57,595 bases of DNA, filler included, from Basidiobolus meristosporus CBS 931.73 (GCA_002104905.1; 2 parts of 2 records of this genome joined end to end with filler, not necessarily neighbours in it), one strand, 5' to 3'; shown: positions 1 to 14,373, counted from the first letter of the whole stretch. Numbers and translations: made by a program. The notes: generated by a model from the letters alone, not told the origin.

Positions 1-180
1 AAACATCAGGTACCCAAAACATGAAATATAAGCAAGCTATCCAAACAGCCCCAGACTTTGTACACATGCACTTGCAAACTTCCGTAACATGCTCTATGTA
101 TTTGTCTTGCCAAGACCATGTAAAGTATAAATGCCACTTCTATATTCAATACATCATCAAGTGAAAACCATATATTCTAC
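1..180 (+). repeat. Partial, diverged copy of Copia LTR family A
   Basis: Aligns by eye with the interior of the LTR at 3552-3899 (GGTACCC-AAACATGAAA...CAAACAGCCCCA...GCCAAGACCATGTAAA...AAGTGAAAACCA); cut by the window edge. Confidence 0.7.
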
Positions 181-224
181 TTTAAAGTGTAATTATCATG
201 GTCTCTCCCTCCCATGCTGTGATA

Positions 225-880
225 GGTCTTGCTGTGGGCTTTATCTTTAGGCACTGTTGTTGTGCTTCAAAAACTGCACAGTGTTCCTCTGCTGCCACAT
301 ATGGGAATGGCTCAATTCTGGTATGAAACATTGAACTACTGCAGTTCCTTTTTTGCAGCAAAGATACTGTATTCCCTACCTGGAATATTGATTGTTCTAG
401 ATATACTGCCTACTCATCCTGTCTCAGGACAGCTTCCTGATTACTCTGGGCCATTGCATCTATCCTATCAGCCACTGCACCTAATTACTTCATCAATACT
501 TTAGTATGAGCTGACAACATACTTGCAAGTACTGGTGGTGGTGATGTTTTGATGGTCATTTGCTGCTCTTCCACTGGAGGTACTGCATTTGCTACACTCT
601 CATCTGGCTGGGTATTACGGTCAGCTTGCAGCTCTGCAGCAATTCTCAGTTGCCAAAATGATTGAGAGCCTGAGGAGTCCCCATAATTGCCTTCAATGGG
701 TAGTGTGTCAACATGGCCTTTTTTGGATGCAGCCCTGCTTGTTGCACTGAATGTCAAAGCATGCTGTGGTCCATCTATTCTTCTACTGTTGTCTGTAGTG
801 GGGCTTAGTCTGGAACCAGATAACTTTGTTTTAGTTTTTGGTTGCTTATGTATGAAAGTGAGTCAAACCAATGGGGAAAT
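225..880 (-). pseudogene. Repeat family X, copy X1 (5' coiled-coil part of an unknown TE-borne ORF)
   Basis: ORF 485-757 (...SPPPVLASMLSAHTKVLMK) and flanks are homologous to 5440-6000 (inverted), 18780-19140 and 22090-22650; in-frame stops. Confidence 0.7.
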
Positions 881-1274
881 AGTGTTACATACACATGTGT
901 ATATGGTGCCACAACACTATTCATAATGCTTACTAAAGTAGGCCATCAATGAATCCTGCATACAAGTAGGAGCAATGTCTACAAAACAAAACTCTCATAT
1001 TTACACATGTATAATAGCAAAAAGTGATGTGATATAGCTACATTGTTCAGTATCAAGCCATTGCCCCATGGACAAGACTACTATGATTCAACTCTGTGAG
1101 AGAAGAGAATAAACACCATGTGGCTATTGTACCAAGCCTCTTAGCCTTTGAGCACACCTAACTGGCTGATACATCAAATTGCCTTATATGGTAGGAAGCT
1201 TAATGGTGCTCTGACAGCCTCATGGTTGACCTCTGCTTGCATTATAATGGCAGTACAGCAGCCCATAGCTAGTT

Positions 1275-4200
1275 CTAAATAATGCTACCGTACCAATTTC
1301 CCAAATGGTATTTCCTCTCTTCACCTCCCCCTGCACCACTCATATATCTCACTGTAGAATTACCTCTCTTTAGTTGCTCACCCACTATTACCTTGGGCAT
1401 TCCACTTGTAGTTTGAATCAATAAAACTATAACCTCCTGCTTACTAACCTCTGCATATACACACACCTGCTGCAATATACATACATCTATCACCTTAAGT
1501 TTATGACTGTTCAGTGTGATACTTGCAAAATTGCCATATACCTTGTATAGCTGGTGACATATACATCTTGCAAATGTATGCTTGGCTGACACCAATTTTG
1601 CCATGAATACCTCTTGAATATCCACAAAGAGCCTTTTGGTATTTAGCCAATGTATTCCTTCTCCCTGCTGGATTCTAGACCCCCTTAAAGATGTGCTCTG
1701 GCTCTTCTTTGTGCAAGTTCTGTATCAAATGGTGTAGAAATTTACTGGTGACCAAGAGAAACCTGGCATAACTTGGTAAAATGGTCCTAATAAAACTAGT
1801 TGTTCATTGTCTCCACCCAACCATGCATAACGTAACTGATTACCCATGCATTAGGACTGCTTAGCTACTTAATGCCAAAGGCATAGATGTCTCCATGTGC
1901 ACATCTGTCCTCAGGTTTTTCAACTCTTCCTGGCTGTCCTCCATGTGGCAGCTTATCCCATCCATGATGGACTTGAAGGTCATATTCTTGATGAGATTGG
2001 GATATGGTAGTACCTGAAACTTGACTTATCTTCTGATCTTCCCACATATCCACTCCATATGAAACTACCAAATGGTGAAGCAAGGCCCAATATTCTCCAC
2101 ACACTAAACAAGATGAAGTAGAGGGTAGATACAGTACCAGCAGAGATACATGCATTCAGCTTTATACTATTAGTATAGCTGCTCAAACCCTGTCATAGGC
2201 TCCTTGCATAAAAGCTGTAGATGAGTCAATTTGACAATAATGATCCACTGCTGGATAAATATTCCTACAATGTAAATGTATGACTGCCAAGGCTTACAAT
2301 GTATTCTTGGTAGAAATGGCTTCAGAAGGCAACTTAAATAGGTACATATCTGGCTTATCTAGTCCTTACATTTGTATATGTGCATATGCATGTGAATACT
2401 GATTGAAGCCTGTGAGAAGTACTTTGGATAGCAAATTCTCTATAATATCTTGCCAATTCTTTCAGATTTATCTGGCATATTAAAGGGCTTATGTAGGTTG
2501 AAATGCCCCATGTACATTGTGTTCATTAATGGAAGGATATAGTTGAAAGGCAGATGCATTGCTCCCAGTGGCATACTTTGCTCCAACATATACCCTCTAT
2601 CTTAGGTATCTGTGGTTTTTGATTAATTCTGTATTCTGACTGATTGCTTATGGCCTGCCAACTTTGCTCCAATTGCATGCTAACTTCTGCACAATCTCTC
2701 AGTGGGGAGATGATATACCTAGTATGATGTTTGGATAACAATATTGTGTTTGAGCTATGGAGTATTTCCCCTGGATCTCACATGTTTGACAGCAATACCA
2801 TCAATTGTCTTCAGAAAAGCCAGCTATCTTCCAAATGCCTAGGGTATCACTGTTGTGCATCAGCATTTAAAACTTAGCCTATTTTACTCTGTTAGAAAAT
2901 CTAGTATCCTGACAGGTTTCCCTGGCCTAAATATAACTAATCCCAGTTGTGGTTTATTTTATCACTTCTCAGAATATATTTTTAGCTGTCCCACCTGATC
3001 AATTTTAATGTGGTCATTACATCCTCAACTGATCTGCTAAGCCTTTTCAAGTGATTAGTCATCAGAGGTCTATCCAACCACTTAGCAGTTGCCAAGACAT
3101 CAGCAGATTAATGATGCAGTTTCTCATTTATCTTATGCACCTATGAACACCCCAACAGATTTCAATTAGTCCAGTCTCCTAGCGCTTACTAATTCAACTT
3201 GATCAGAAAAATATAAATAAAGTTTACTGAACCTTTTGGTTTAGTGTGTGTCTCAACAAAATTATGATTGTGCCTCAGCAAAATTAAGGATTCAACAATT
3301 CCATTCCAGTTTCCACCCAAGCCTAGCATATCTAGCATTCCCAAGAACACCAAGCCTAGCCTGTATAGCAAGCCAACTCTGTTGCCTTTATAGCCCAACC
3401 TAACTATATACAATACTTATATTAGACCAGAACCTCTCTGCTAATATTTCTGTCACCCTTGACAATTCTAAGATTCTGCACTTAGTTGTCACTTAGTTTC
3501 AGTTAACTCATTCAAGACTGTTATTACACTTTTCTCTTGAATGCAACAATCTGTTGTAAAAGTTCGTATTTCTACCTAAATATTCACCTAACTTAGTCAC
3601 TTAGATCATTACCTTCAAATCCTAGAGAATACTGACCAAATTCCTTGTTGGGATTTACTTAGAATATTTTCACCAAAATACCAGGTACCCAGAACATGAA
3701 AATTCTCAAAGTTGTCCAAACAGCCCCAAACGTTGCACATATGTTCTTGGGACCTTCCTTAGCCTATTCTATGTGTTTGTCATGCCAAGACCATGTAAAA
3801 GTATAAATACTACTTTTACATTCAATAAATCATTAAGTGAAACCACATAATCTACTTGTCCTCCCAATCACTTCCAATATCTCCAAGACTCTTACAACAT
3901 AATCACCAATGCAGATAATAATATGTGCGTTGGTACAATAGCCAGTTAGTAGTATCTGGCCAGAAGGCATACAACATTCATCCAGCAATAGATAAAGGTA
4001 GCTATCCAGGTTGGATGGCAATTTAAGCCCAGAAACTAGTGAGACTATTGTCAGATTTCTGTTCTGGTACCATAAGATAAGTGGCAGCTTCAGGTTGATG
4101 AGAATCAGTGGCCAGCAGGATTTGCTAGTAGGGTACTTGTACAGTGATAATCCATCATGTGTCAAGGCAAAGACATGGTCATACATACCTTCAAAGTAGT

Positions 4201-4908
4201 CCTTGCTTCTTAGTTGTTTGCTATGTTTGCCATTAAAAATATTGGAAATGTTTGTGCTTGATTGATACTAAGTAAGGTACTTTATAGCCATAAATATTTG
4301 TTAGACTGCATGAGCTTCTTTAGATGTGGAGTTGTTGGAATATCTCTGGAGTGTGAGTGATACTTTCCTCTTATGGTGGTGGGCTCCTGACAAGTTGGAC
4401 GCCTAGCAAATGCAGCATTTTCTAATATGAACACCTTGCAACTGTTTACACATGCTGGTATCAGGACAGTCTCTGGGTCATATGCTGCCAGCTGTATAGT
4501 AGTTGTCCACTTGTACCATGTAGATGGTAAGCAGCATCCTGGAATAACTTTGCCATGAAGTAGCAGTGAATTCTCAAAGCCCCCATCACCAATAACAGTT
4601 AAAACAAACCACTTCTCTAGCCACATCATCACATCATTCACCAGTAGATGGAATACTGGGCTCACTTGGCTTCATAGAGTATCTTTGGCTTTTTTTGCTA
4701 TGGATGTTGTCTGATTGGATACAGGGGTTTTGCCAGGTTCATGCAGGGTACTATTGTTGGGGGAGGTAGGCTCATTATGCATCAGTGAGCATGCTTTTTT
4801 AGAGCTAGCACTCTGCTTGCCATATTTGGAGGGCTGGAGTAAGCCTAAGGGCATCACAAACTCACCTGACTCAGTTTGTGCAAGGTGACAAGTACAACCA
4901 GGTGCCAC
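1275..4908 (-). mobile_element. Degenerate CACTA/EnSpm-like transposase
   Basis: Fragments read IPACVNSCKVF...RPTCQEP (4282-4665) and ALTHDGLSLY...SCWPLILINLKLP...SLVSGLKLPSNLDSYL...AHIIICIGD (3833-4186), resembling Transposase_21-type motifs; many stops; interrupted by the solo LTR at 3552-3899. Confidence 0.7.
3552..3899 (+). mobile_element. Solo Copia LTR family A (348 bp)
   Basis: Termini TGTTGTAA...TTACAACA; 5-bp TSD CAATC/TAATC with one C>T; highly similar to 54749-55096 and to the reverse complement of 56560-56909. Confidence 0.92.
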
Positions 4909-5419
4909 TCTAGAAGTATCAACTGGCCAGCATGATATTGTTGGTACAGTAGTGACTGATGAATGGCCAAATATGAGTTGTGTGATGAAGCACCCACAGC
5001 AATCCTTTTAATACTTCCTATGCTGTATGCATGCCTCATGGCTGAGAGGCTTGCTGCAATAGCCAAGTGGTCTTTTTTCTCTTTTTGTACAGTGTGCTAA
5101 CAAAGTAGTCCTCTCCAGGGGGCAAAGAGTTTGCCACTTGTCAATGTAGCACTATTACATCATTGTTTTGTTAGTACTCCTGTGGACTTCAGGCAGTTTT
5201 GTGTTTGAGACATTGCACCTACATGAATGTAAGATTCAATGATGACCTGCCATAGTAAGCTTTATGAATAAAGTTGTGGCACCACATACACACATACATG
5301 TAGCAATATTTCCCTGTTGGCTTGACTCACTTCCATATTTATATATTGCCAAAAAAAATAAGCACAGTTATCTGGCTCCCAGCCAAAACCCATAATTGAC
5401 ATCAGTAAAAGAACACTAG

Positions 5420-8400
5420 GACATCAGCTTGCTTTGACATTCAGTGCAACAAGCAGGGCTACAACCAAAAAAGGCCCTGTGGGCAGTGTGCACACAGTAG
5501 GTAATAATGCCACTCCTGGGGCTCTGGGTCAAGTAGGTAGTTGGGAATCACTGTAGAGCCACATGCTGACCATAATGCTGAGGCATATGAGAACGTAGCA
5601 AAAGCAGTCCCTTCAGTTGAAGACCAGCAAGTGGCCGTTATGACATCACCACCACCCATATTAGCAAGTATGTTGTCAGCCCATACTGAGCATTAATGAG
5701 GCTATTAGGTGCAGTGGCCAATAGGACAGATGCAATGGCCCAGAGAAGTCTGGAAATAGCCCAGAAGCAGGATGAGCAGATAATTAGAGTAGAACAATCA
5801 ATATCCCAGGTAGTGAAAGCAGTATCTTTGCTGTAAGCAAGGAACTCAAGTCATCAAATGTCACAGCTCAGAGTTGAGCAATTTTCCAATGTAACAGCAG
5901 AGGAACACTGTACAGTCTTTGAAGCACAACAACAGTGCCCAAAGACAAAGCCAACAGAAAAGTCTATTACAGCATGGGAGGGAGAATAATTAGTATTTAT
6001 GCCACGCCTAAAATTAAAAGACATTGAAGTTTCATTGTTGTGGGGTCACAGTGACACCCACAGTCAGATGTGCTCATTCCCATATTTTCTACTTCCTTAT
6101 TTTTCTACTACCCTTATATTAGTTTTATCCCCTTTGTCTTACTTAATCTGTACTCTCCCATAAGCTGGGTGACTATCACACCTGCTTACCTCATTGCAAA
6201 AGTTATTCCTCACTTTATGTAAGATTACATGATATAAGTACTTTGGTATTAGGCAGGTACCTGTGCCAGTTCCCATAGCACATGACCAAGCCATCTGACC
6301 ATCCCTACCATATTCATACCATATATGGTATCACTATGTTCCGCAAGTTTCAGAATACTTATTCATGATTGGTTGAGTGTGCTGTGCCTCTTAGAATCTT
6401 CCAGTACCTACTTAGAATATACTTAGCTCATTCTGATGTCATTAAGGTATGTATTTGGCCACCAGAACCTTCTGGAACATTATGATTAGTAATCACTTTG
6501 ACATCTCAAAGGATGCTGAGCCCAGCACATACTTTTGTTAGCACACCAACTAAGATGGCAATTGTAGCTCAAAAGTTTTCTCTTGGCAAGCTTGTGGCTT
6601 TATTACCTTTCACCTTAGAGTAGAGACAAAACCCAAGTATTCCTAGCAAGCTTTTGCCAGAGGTTGTTGCACTCAGCAAACACCTTACACACCAAACACT
6701 TGAGAAGTGTTGGACATACCTCTCTCTTGGACCTATACACCACCACACTGTGAAGCCATTAAGTGGAATGATGAAGATTGGGCCAACATTCAGGAGGCCA
6801 TCAGAAGTTTGGCTTGCCAACACCTTATGGCTGGCTTATTAGAGGACCACTAGGAACTCAAGCCCAAGCAGAATGAGCTTGACTTGTTCCATGAGCATTA
6901 TCCTAGATTCAAACAAGCAAACAGATTTTGGGCCAACAAAGGTATGCTAAGAAAGTATCTTAAGAATAGCAGAAACTATCAATGGCAGAAGAACAAGGGC
7001 ATGATGGCTAAAAACCAGTGGCTTCCTCAAGAGCCCATCACAAGCAGGGCCAAAAGCTCCAAACAAGTGTTAAAGAAGCATCAGGTAGCTGGAAGAGTGC
7101 CAATAAGGGAAAAGCAGGTAGACGTAGATGCATCAGCACAACATTAACCAAGAAAAAAGTATAATTCTACCCAAGAAGCACTCAGTCAGAGTGGTACTGA
7201 AGGACCTAGTAGTGATAAGAACCAGCAGCTACCTGAGTAGCCTGTTATAGCATGGGCTGAGAGCTTGAAACAAGCAGGAAAGAGGTTTGGGTTGCCTGCA
7301 CATTGCCATCAAGGGACAATCAGGCCAAAACAGAAGCATCAGAGTAGCATTTATCAAGGAAAAGAAATAGATCAACGCAAAGAGCACTCAGACCAAGCAG
7401 CAGTGAAAGACCTAGCAGTTATAATGGAACAGGTAAAGGGAATAAGTCCACACAAGCTAGAGTCAGGATAGCCTGAGAAAAAAGCTGCAGTTCTTGCCAA
7501 TTAATGGTGTAAGCCTGGAACAAACTAAATCCCATCATAGCCAAGAAGAATTAACAACAAGAATGCAGCTGTTTTTACAAGAGTTGGAAGCACAGCCAGC
7601 TGAGCTATGCTTCAGTGAGGTAGTTGAGTATGCAGAGAAATGCAATTTTTCTACCACAGCCTCCAGATCCTATATTGCTGACAGAGTGGAGATCTTACCA
7701 ACAGATAAGGTGACATAGTCAAGAACTGAAAGATTATCACAATGCCTGCAGTGGAACTTTAGAACATCAGTATGCACATTCAGACATCACAGCACTTCTT
7801 CAGGAGTAGTGCTTAAGAAAACACACTTGAATATTGCAAGGATTTATTGCAAAGGCTGGCATATGTGGTGTTACACCTTGCAGTGCCAGCTGAAGACCAA
7901 GATGTATGGGAACCAGTGAATGGATAGTGGTGTAAAGCCGTAGGGTTCTTGCCAAAGTCATAGAAACAGAGTGTTACAGCAGATATGCGTATTGAGTGAT
8001 GGATCTTAATGGAGTTACTAATTGAGTGTGGGGTTGGGCTTAATGTTAGTGTAGGGTATAGGGTCTTGTGTAGGTCAACACAATTGGTAATTGAAGTACA
8101 ACTGAAGTTTCAATATATATAAATCAAAATGTATGCATGCAAAGTAAGAGAAACAATTAAATCAGGAGGTAAGGAGTGTGAAAAAGTGATAACTGCCAAT
8201 CAATGCACTCAAGCATAGGAGGCAATAGAGTGTCTGTGATCAGAAAGTGAGAAAATTGACAGAGAACCAATCAAGAGCCACTTTTGTGTTGTTGTGATGA
8301 GAAATTTTGACCAAGTTTGTTGTGAAATCTGGGGTATAATTACTTTTTGACAGTCTTTGCAGTTTGTCCCCTGAGGATCAATACCTCTTAGTCACAGGAC

Positions 8401-8453
8401 TTTAAATTTGTGACAGCCTTTTGATGTGATCATCACAATCACTTTTCATAGGG
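5420..8453 (+). pseudogene. Repeat family X, copy X2 (near full length, degenerate)
   Basis: Collinear with the reverse complement of 19148-22700 once inserted LTRs are removed; fragments include FHEHYPRFKQANRFWANKGMLRKYLKNSRNYQ; 3' trailer ends TTTTCATAGGG. Confidence 0.75.
6036..6747 (+). mobile_element. Solo LTR family C with an internal deletion of about 360 bp, inserted in X2
   Basis: Matches 26113-26576 and 26937-27184; termini TGTTGTG...CACCACA; flanks TCAT/CTGT, consistent with a decayed CCGT TSD. Confidence 0.85.
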
Positions 8454-9544
8454 CACAGGATCAAAGAACTGAAAGAAGGTGGCCAAGTTAAAGCTGTAAA
8501 TAAGTCCCACTGTGACAAAGACTAGTCCAGCTTTGTTAAGTAAATTTTAGCTGCTGAATACTACCAAGCAGTACAATATCTCAACCTTCACCTCTAACTA
8601 AATGACTTCTAAGCCCCAAAATCTCTCTGAGACTCTCAAGCTGAGGCCTAGCTAGTGGTTTGTCAGTATGTCCACCCCCATTTTGTCATTTGGGCACTAA
8701 GTTAGCTCTACTTTATAATTTCAACAACTTACCGCACAGAGTGGTGTTATATATCTATGTGCTCAGTTCTGGCATGATCAGTAGGATTGCTAGCTAATGA
8801 AACACAACCTTGGCTATCCTTATAAGTAAAACATGGCTCATTAGAGCTAAAACCAAGTCTTTGAGTAATATTTGTAACCATAAAGTATTCTTAGTTGCAT
8901 ACCAAGCAGCCATATTGTCTGCCTTAGTTGTAGAACATGCCACAGTTAGTTGTTTCTTACAATTCCAGTTAATGGCTGCACCAGCATATAGAAATACATA
9001 CCCATTAGTATATATTCCTTCTTTCAGATCCCTACCTTGAGCTGAGTTACAAAAGTCATAGAATTGTTGCCTATTTGTTGCTTCAGAGTATTCTAGACCT
9101 ATATTTGTGGTACATTGCAGATATTGGAAGAAATGCATAAATGCTGCAATTTGAACAGTTCCATAATTCTGCACTAACTGACTAGCAATTCCTATTGCCA
9201 CTGCACTATCTGGACCTGTATATGCAAATCAAGTACATTACACTACAAACCAATGACTGATAGGGAAAGTATTGGTTCATACTTCAGCTATTTCCACCAA
9301 AAACTGGCTGAGATTTGCCCAAACTCAGGTTATTGTCCATGGGGGTTGTGGCAGGCTAGCAATTTACCATATTGAAGAGTCTAAGAGTGTGCCTGTTGTA
9401 CTTAGACTGATTTGGCACAGGTTTATGTGGAGATATGCTAGGCTTGACTTCAACTCTAAGTCAATAGCTATATCTTTACAGATTTCTCATCTTAAACTTG
9501 CTGAGAAGGTCTGATTTTGTATGTTCAAGTGCCTCCTGGTCACA

Positions 9545-9986
9545 TGTAGCTTTTATTAGGTTGTCCACATAAAGTACCAGAAAAATCACTCTGTTTTAAG
9601 CAGTTTCACATATATACTGTAAATTGTTAAGGTATTAGAGAGATATATTGAAAGTGAGTTGGAGAATTAGAAGATTTATTTGATGTTCACTTATTGTTTG
9701 ATTGAGTTACAGCAGAGTATTTGAGCTTACTACAGAGCTTCATATACATAACTACTTAGTCATAATAAGAGGAGTCTCAGGAGTATATGTGCCAAGTTTC
9801 AGCTCATTTTGACAAGTTTCAGATTCCCAAAATTCTATACTTCATTATTTCCTAATAATTAGCAAATATTTTGCATGCAAATTTCAGTTAATGTTCTGCA
9901 CTACATAAAGTAACTAAGTGCTAGTTCATAATATATTGGTGATTATGTGAGCTCCTAATTAATTCAAAATGATTTGCAGTGCTACA
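9545..9986. mobile_element. Probable solo LTR family E inside the Copia RT region
   Basis: Inverted termini TGTAGC...GCTACA; non-coding AT-rich block splitting RT fragments; flanks (TCACA/AATAA) do not form a TSD, which lowers confidence. Confidence 0.55.
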
Positions 9987-11513
9987 AATAAGCCCAATCT
10001 CCTCTAGATATGTGTCAGTCTGGTTAACCATGTTCTAGGTGCCTGCTTAAGCCCATAGAGCAGTTTTCTGAGTCTACAGACCTTATAGGGGCCATTTGGA
10101 TTGGTAAAGCTTTCTATTTACTCCTTATATATAGTTTCTTGCAGATCCCCATTTAGAAAGAATATTTTGGCAGCCATTTGGGGTAGACCATGACTATGTA
10201 AAGCTGCCAGGGCTAGAAATAGTTTATTTGAGTTAGGCTTGGCTACTGGAGCAAGTATTTCCTTGAAGTTGGGTCCCTGGATCTAGGGGTAGCCTTTAGC
10301 ACCAATCTAACATTGTACATATCAATGGTACAAACTAAGGATACTTTGATCTTGCTAAGACATCTACATTCTCTTGGCTACTTGCATTTGGTAAATCTAC
10401 CAGTTTCCACATTTTTGCCTTGAGTAAAGATTGCTACTCCTCCTGCATAGCTTGTTGCCATATGGTAGCATCTGCATTTTGCATTTCCTGTTCCAGATTC
10501 AGAGGTGGGCTGTATAAGGCAAGATAAGCTTCTTCATGGTCAATGGATGCCTGCCACCAAGATCTAAGGGCATTTCTTATTTTGTTAGATCTTCTAACTG
10601 GGATAATCTATTCTAATCTGGAACTGGTAGAATTTTGTTGAGTATCTGGCTGTGTTAGGTATATATCTTCTTCATTAGTAGTGATTGCATCATCTGGCAG
10701 CTGGCCAATGATCTTAGTAGCTTTCTGATCTGAGTTCCCCTCAAAAACAGCATCTCTGCTCTTGCATAGCTTTGGAATTTTGCCACCATACACTCTATAC
10801 CCTCTGGTATTCTCACAATAGATAAGAAGGATCCCTTTTCCACTTTTTGGTCTCAACTTGATTGACTTTTTGTTACAGATGTGATGGCAAGCATCACTGT
10901 CAAAGATCCAAAGGTGCTAGAGGTCTGGTTATTTATATGTAGATGCTTCAAATAGTGTAGAATCATGTAGTGCTACTGTTGGGGATTTATTCTATATACT
11001 TACTATGGTAACAAATTTAACCAAAACCTGTGGTCAATTTCCTTCTCATATAGCATACTATGTGTCATCTCTACTATTGTTATATTTGCCCATTTGATTA
11101 CTTCATTTTGCTGTGAAGTATGTTGGATAGTGGCTGACGTAAGTATACCAGTAGCTGAGCAGTAACTTGCAAACTTCTTAGAACAGTGTTCTCCTCCATT
11201 GCCACTGTGAAATACCTTCATTTTTCACCACATTTGTGTTGCAGCCATGTTCTTGGAGGGCTTGAACGTCTCTAAAGCCTCATCCTTTGTCTTCAGGATG
11301 TATACCCATGTATATATTGTCTTGTTATCAATCAATATCATAAAATGTTTCTTGGCTCTAAAGGAGAGTGTTTTCATGGGCCCACACATATCTGAGTGCA
11401 CAATAGCCAATATATTGGTGGTATTAATGCCTCCTGAGCTCCTGAAACATTTCCTAGCTAGTTTGTATTTAGCATCCCTTACTGACACTCAATGTGATTG
11501 GAATTGAGTAATC

Positions 11514-12655
11514 TGTTGTGTTGTATTATGATTAGCTTGGGGCTTGTTCTGTGATGTGGTGGCTAATGTACAATATACAAGAACTTCCAGTATGCTAATA
11601 CTCAAATAGCTTGTTGGGAATTTGATATGCCAAAAGAAGATATAACTTACACCAATATCCTCAATAATAGACTCAAAATACATTATGGGCAGTGCTTCTC
11701 ACTTCCACAGCAATGTTCTGCCTTCTGTCAACCATTGGGATTATTTAATTTTATGTTATCATTTCCTTATTTGAAAACCACTTTCCTTTCTGAGAGAATT
11801 TGTCCTAATATGAAAATCCTGAACTCTCAATAAACCCAAAGGAGTGTGGTGTAGAAGTCTATCAAGGGGTCTGTTGACCTAAAGGGGTGTTTACAGGGGT
11901 GTCTTTAGAGTAAAGGGGGTTCTTTAGGGTAATAAGATTCCTTAAAGGGGTCTCTAGACTACAGGGCTTCTGAGAGGGGACTTTTCCAACAGAAAAGCAG
12001 TAGTTTTCTTTTAGAACTTAGATTGGATTCTTGTGAGCTTTGCAGTCTCTTTACTGATGTAGTACCAATCAAGTCAGAGCATTCAGCAGTGTAAGTGATG
12101 CAAGGAAGCTCTTATAGCCTTTTAGCTTGTAATTGTAGTGTGGAGATTCTGGAAAGAGAGACTCTCCTTTTATTTTTCAGCTGGAGAAGTTGTATTTATG
12201 GAAATTCTGAAGGATCAAAGTTTTTGGGCAATTGCACAATCAATACATGAGGTACAAAGCTAAACTCTACAGTGGTGTAGTTTGGACATGGGTGCAGCAC
12301 CTGTGGGAGTCTCTTGTAATTTGATCAGCTGGTTCAAAAGTTACATGCAATCAAAGTCACCATAGTAATCCTAGCAATAGGGGCCTAATATATATGGTTA
12401 TTGGACTCTTTTGATCATAACTACTTATGTACTGCTTCAAATGAGCTGCAATTTGTAACATGTGTAGGCTTCTTAATGTTATGCATGATATAATATTTGT
12501 GGGTGGATTGCTAGTCAGGGTCTTGCACCTTTTTTGTTCAAAGTTGGAGTTTCTTGATCCTTAATTTGTGTGTAACAATAGCAAAAGCAAAATAAAGAAT
12601 TAGTGCAATATTGGTTTTGAGATATTTTAGCAATGGAATACTTTCCATTACCAAA
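11514..12655. mobile_element. Solo LTR family D (about 1.14 kb)
   Basis: Reverse complement of 20588-21771; 4-bp TSD AATC/AATC; splits the Copia pre-integrase region. Confidence 0.88.
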
Positions 12656-13181
12656 AATCAAGTCCCAAAACAAGTTGATTTCTCACCAATAAGCTCATCT
12701 ACTGTTCCCCAATTTGTCCTTGCCTTCCATGCCACATCTATCTTTTAGATTCATAAGTTCCAGCAAAGTAAACATACTCAGGTAAAATGATCTTGCGTTG
12801 CAACTTGCATATATTGTGATCTCAGTCTACCAAAGCAAGGTTTTGTCCAGCTTTGCTCAATGTTGAGCAGCTTGGCTTAGTAATAGCCAACTTCAGTCCC
12901 TTAGTAGCTGCTTTATGCACTGAGATTGGGTTCTTAGCAATTTCACACACCTAGAGTAAGTCAGTCAATTCAGCTATTTTTGCCCATGAGTTATTGTTCA
13001 TATTTAGCTTTATAAGCCCACTGGCATTAGCATGTAGTGCAGAGTTATTGCCCAGATAAGCCTTTCTTGCAGGAATAGATTCTAAGTTGCTGAAGTATAC
13101 TTTTACACAATGAGCATGCGGTAATGCTCCAGAGTCAATATAGCATTAGTTACTATGGCTACTTGCACTCTCTTATACTGG

Positions 13182-14250
13182 TGTGGTGATGTATAGGTCC
13201 AAGGGAGAGATATGTCCAATACTTCTCAAGTGTCTTGTGTTTTGGGTGTTTACTGGGTGCAATAACCTCTGGCAAAGGCTTGCTAGGATTAATTGGGTTC
13301 TGTTTCTATTCTAATGTGATGGGGAATAAAGCCACAAGCTTGTCAAGGGAAAACTATTGAGCTACAATCCCTTACTTAGTTGGTGTCTTAACAGAAGTGT
13401 GTGTTGGGTTCAGCATCCTTTGAGATAACAACTCACTAAAGCTTCCAAAGTAAAAACAACTGTAAACTCCACCAGCAAGGACTTGATAAGAATGCAGCTG
13501 TGGTCAACAGCTACAAAGACAGAAAAGTATCTTTGCCTGTACAAGAACAAACTTGGGAAAGTATCAGATATAATAAAAGCTATACTATGAGTATTCCTCA
13601 CAAGTAGTGCCTCCAAGGTCAGTTGGCTGTCAGCATGATATCCTGGGAGTGTCCTGTGGTCTGGGGTTGGAAGTTCAGGTAGCAGCAGGTAGCAGTGAAC
13701 ATACTACTCAGCAGGTTGGTGTATTAATAAAAGGGATGATGATTTATTGTTGAGGGATTGCCTCCCTTATATACTTTTCTCACTGGCTAAGTGAATACTA
13801 ATTATGGTATTCCAGAAAGTTCTGGAAATCAGTAGAAATCTTAATGATATCAGAATGAGCTAAGAGTATTCTAGGTAGGAGCTGGAAGGTTCTAAGAGGC
13901 ACAGCACATCCAACTAATCAAGAATTAGTACTCTGAAACCTGTGCAACATAGGGATACTACATATGGAATAGGACTTGTGGGAATGGTGACATGGGTTGA
14001 TCATGTGTCACAAGTACTTGTGCTGGTATTTGCCTTATATAGAAGCACTAACAGCAAGTAATCTTACATAAAGTGAGGGATAACTTATGCAATAAGGTAA
14101 GCAGGTGTGATAGTCAGCCAGCTTATGGGATAGTACTGATCAGGTAAGACAAATGGGATGAAGCTAAAATAGGTTTAGTCAACAAATAGGGAAGTAGAAG
14201 ATATGGGAATGAGCACATCTCTCAGTGGGTGTCACTGTGACCCCACTACA
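13182..14250 (-). mobile_element. Solo LTR family C (1069 bp)
   Basis: Reverse complement of 26113-27184; termini TGTGGTG...CACTACA; flanks CTGG/CCAG, consistent with CCGG deaminated on opposite strands. Confidence 0.9.
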
Positions 14251-14373
14251 CCAGTCCAGATAACTGTTCATCTGATGTTACATGGTTTCCCTGCTTGGGT
14301 ATCTGTTTTTTGTCCATTTGTTTCTTCTGGCATTCTCTTGCCCAGTATCTTGACTTCTTACAGCAGCATCAGA

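Larger units (their letters stand above)
8454..14373 (-). mobile_element. Degenerate Copia element (gag knuckle-PR-IN-RT-RH, PPT, partial 3' LTR of family B), host to three nested LTRs
   Basis: Minus-strand fragments in Copia order: CCKKSRYWAREC (about 14340), YIDSGA (about 13130), WHGRQG (about 12730), IVHSDMCGPM/HSGNGGEH/RFW (11000-11490), GYRVY...DAVF (10608-10856), YAGAAINWNCKKQLTVACST (8794-9201); purine tract AGAGGTGAAGG near 8590. Confidence 0.85.
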
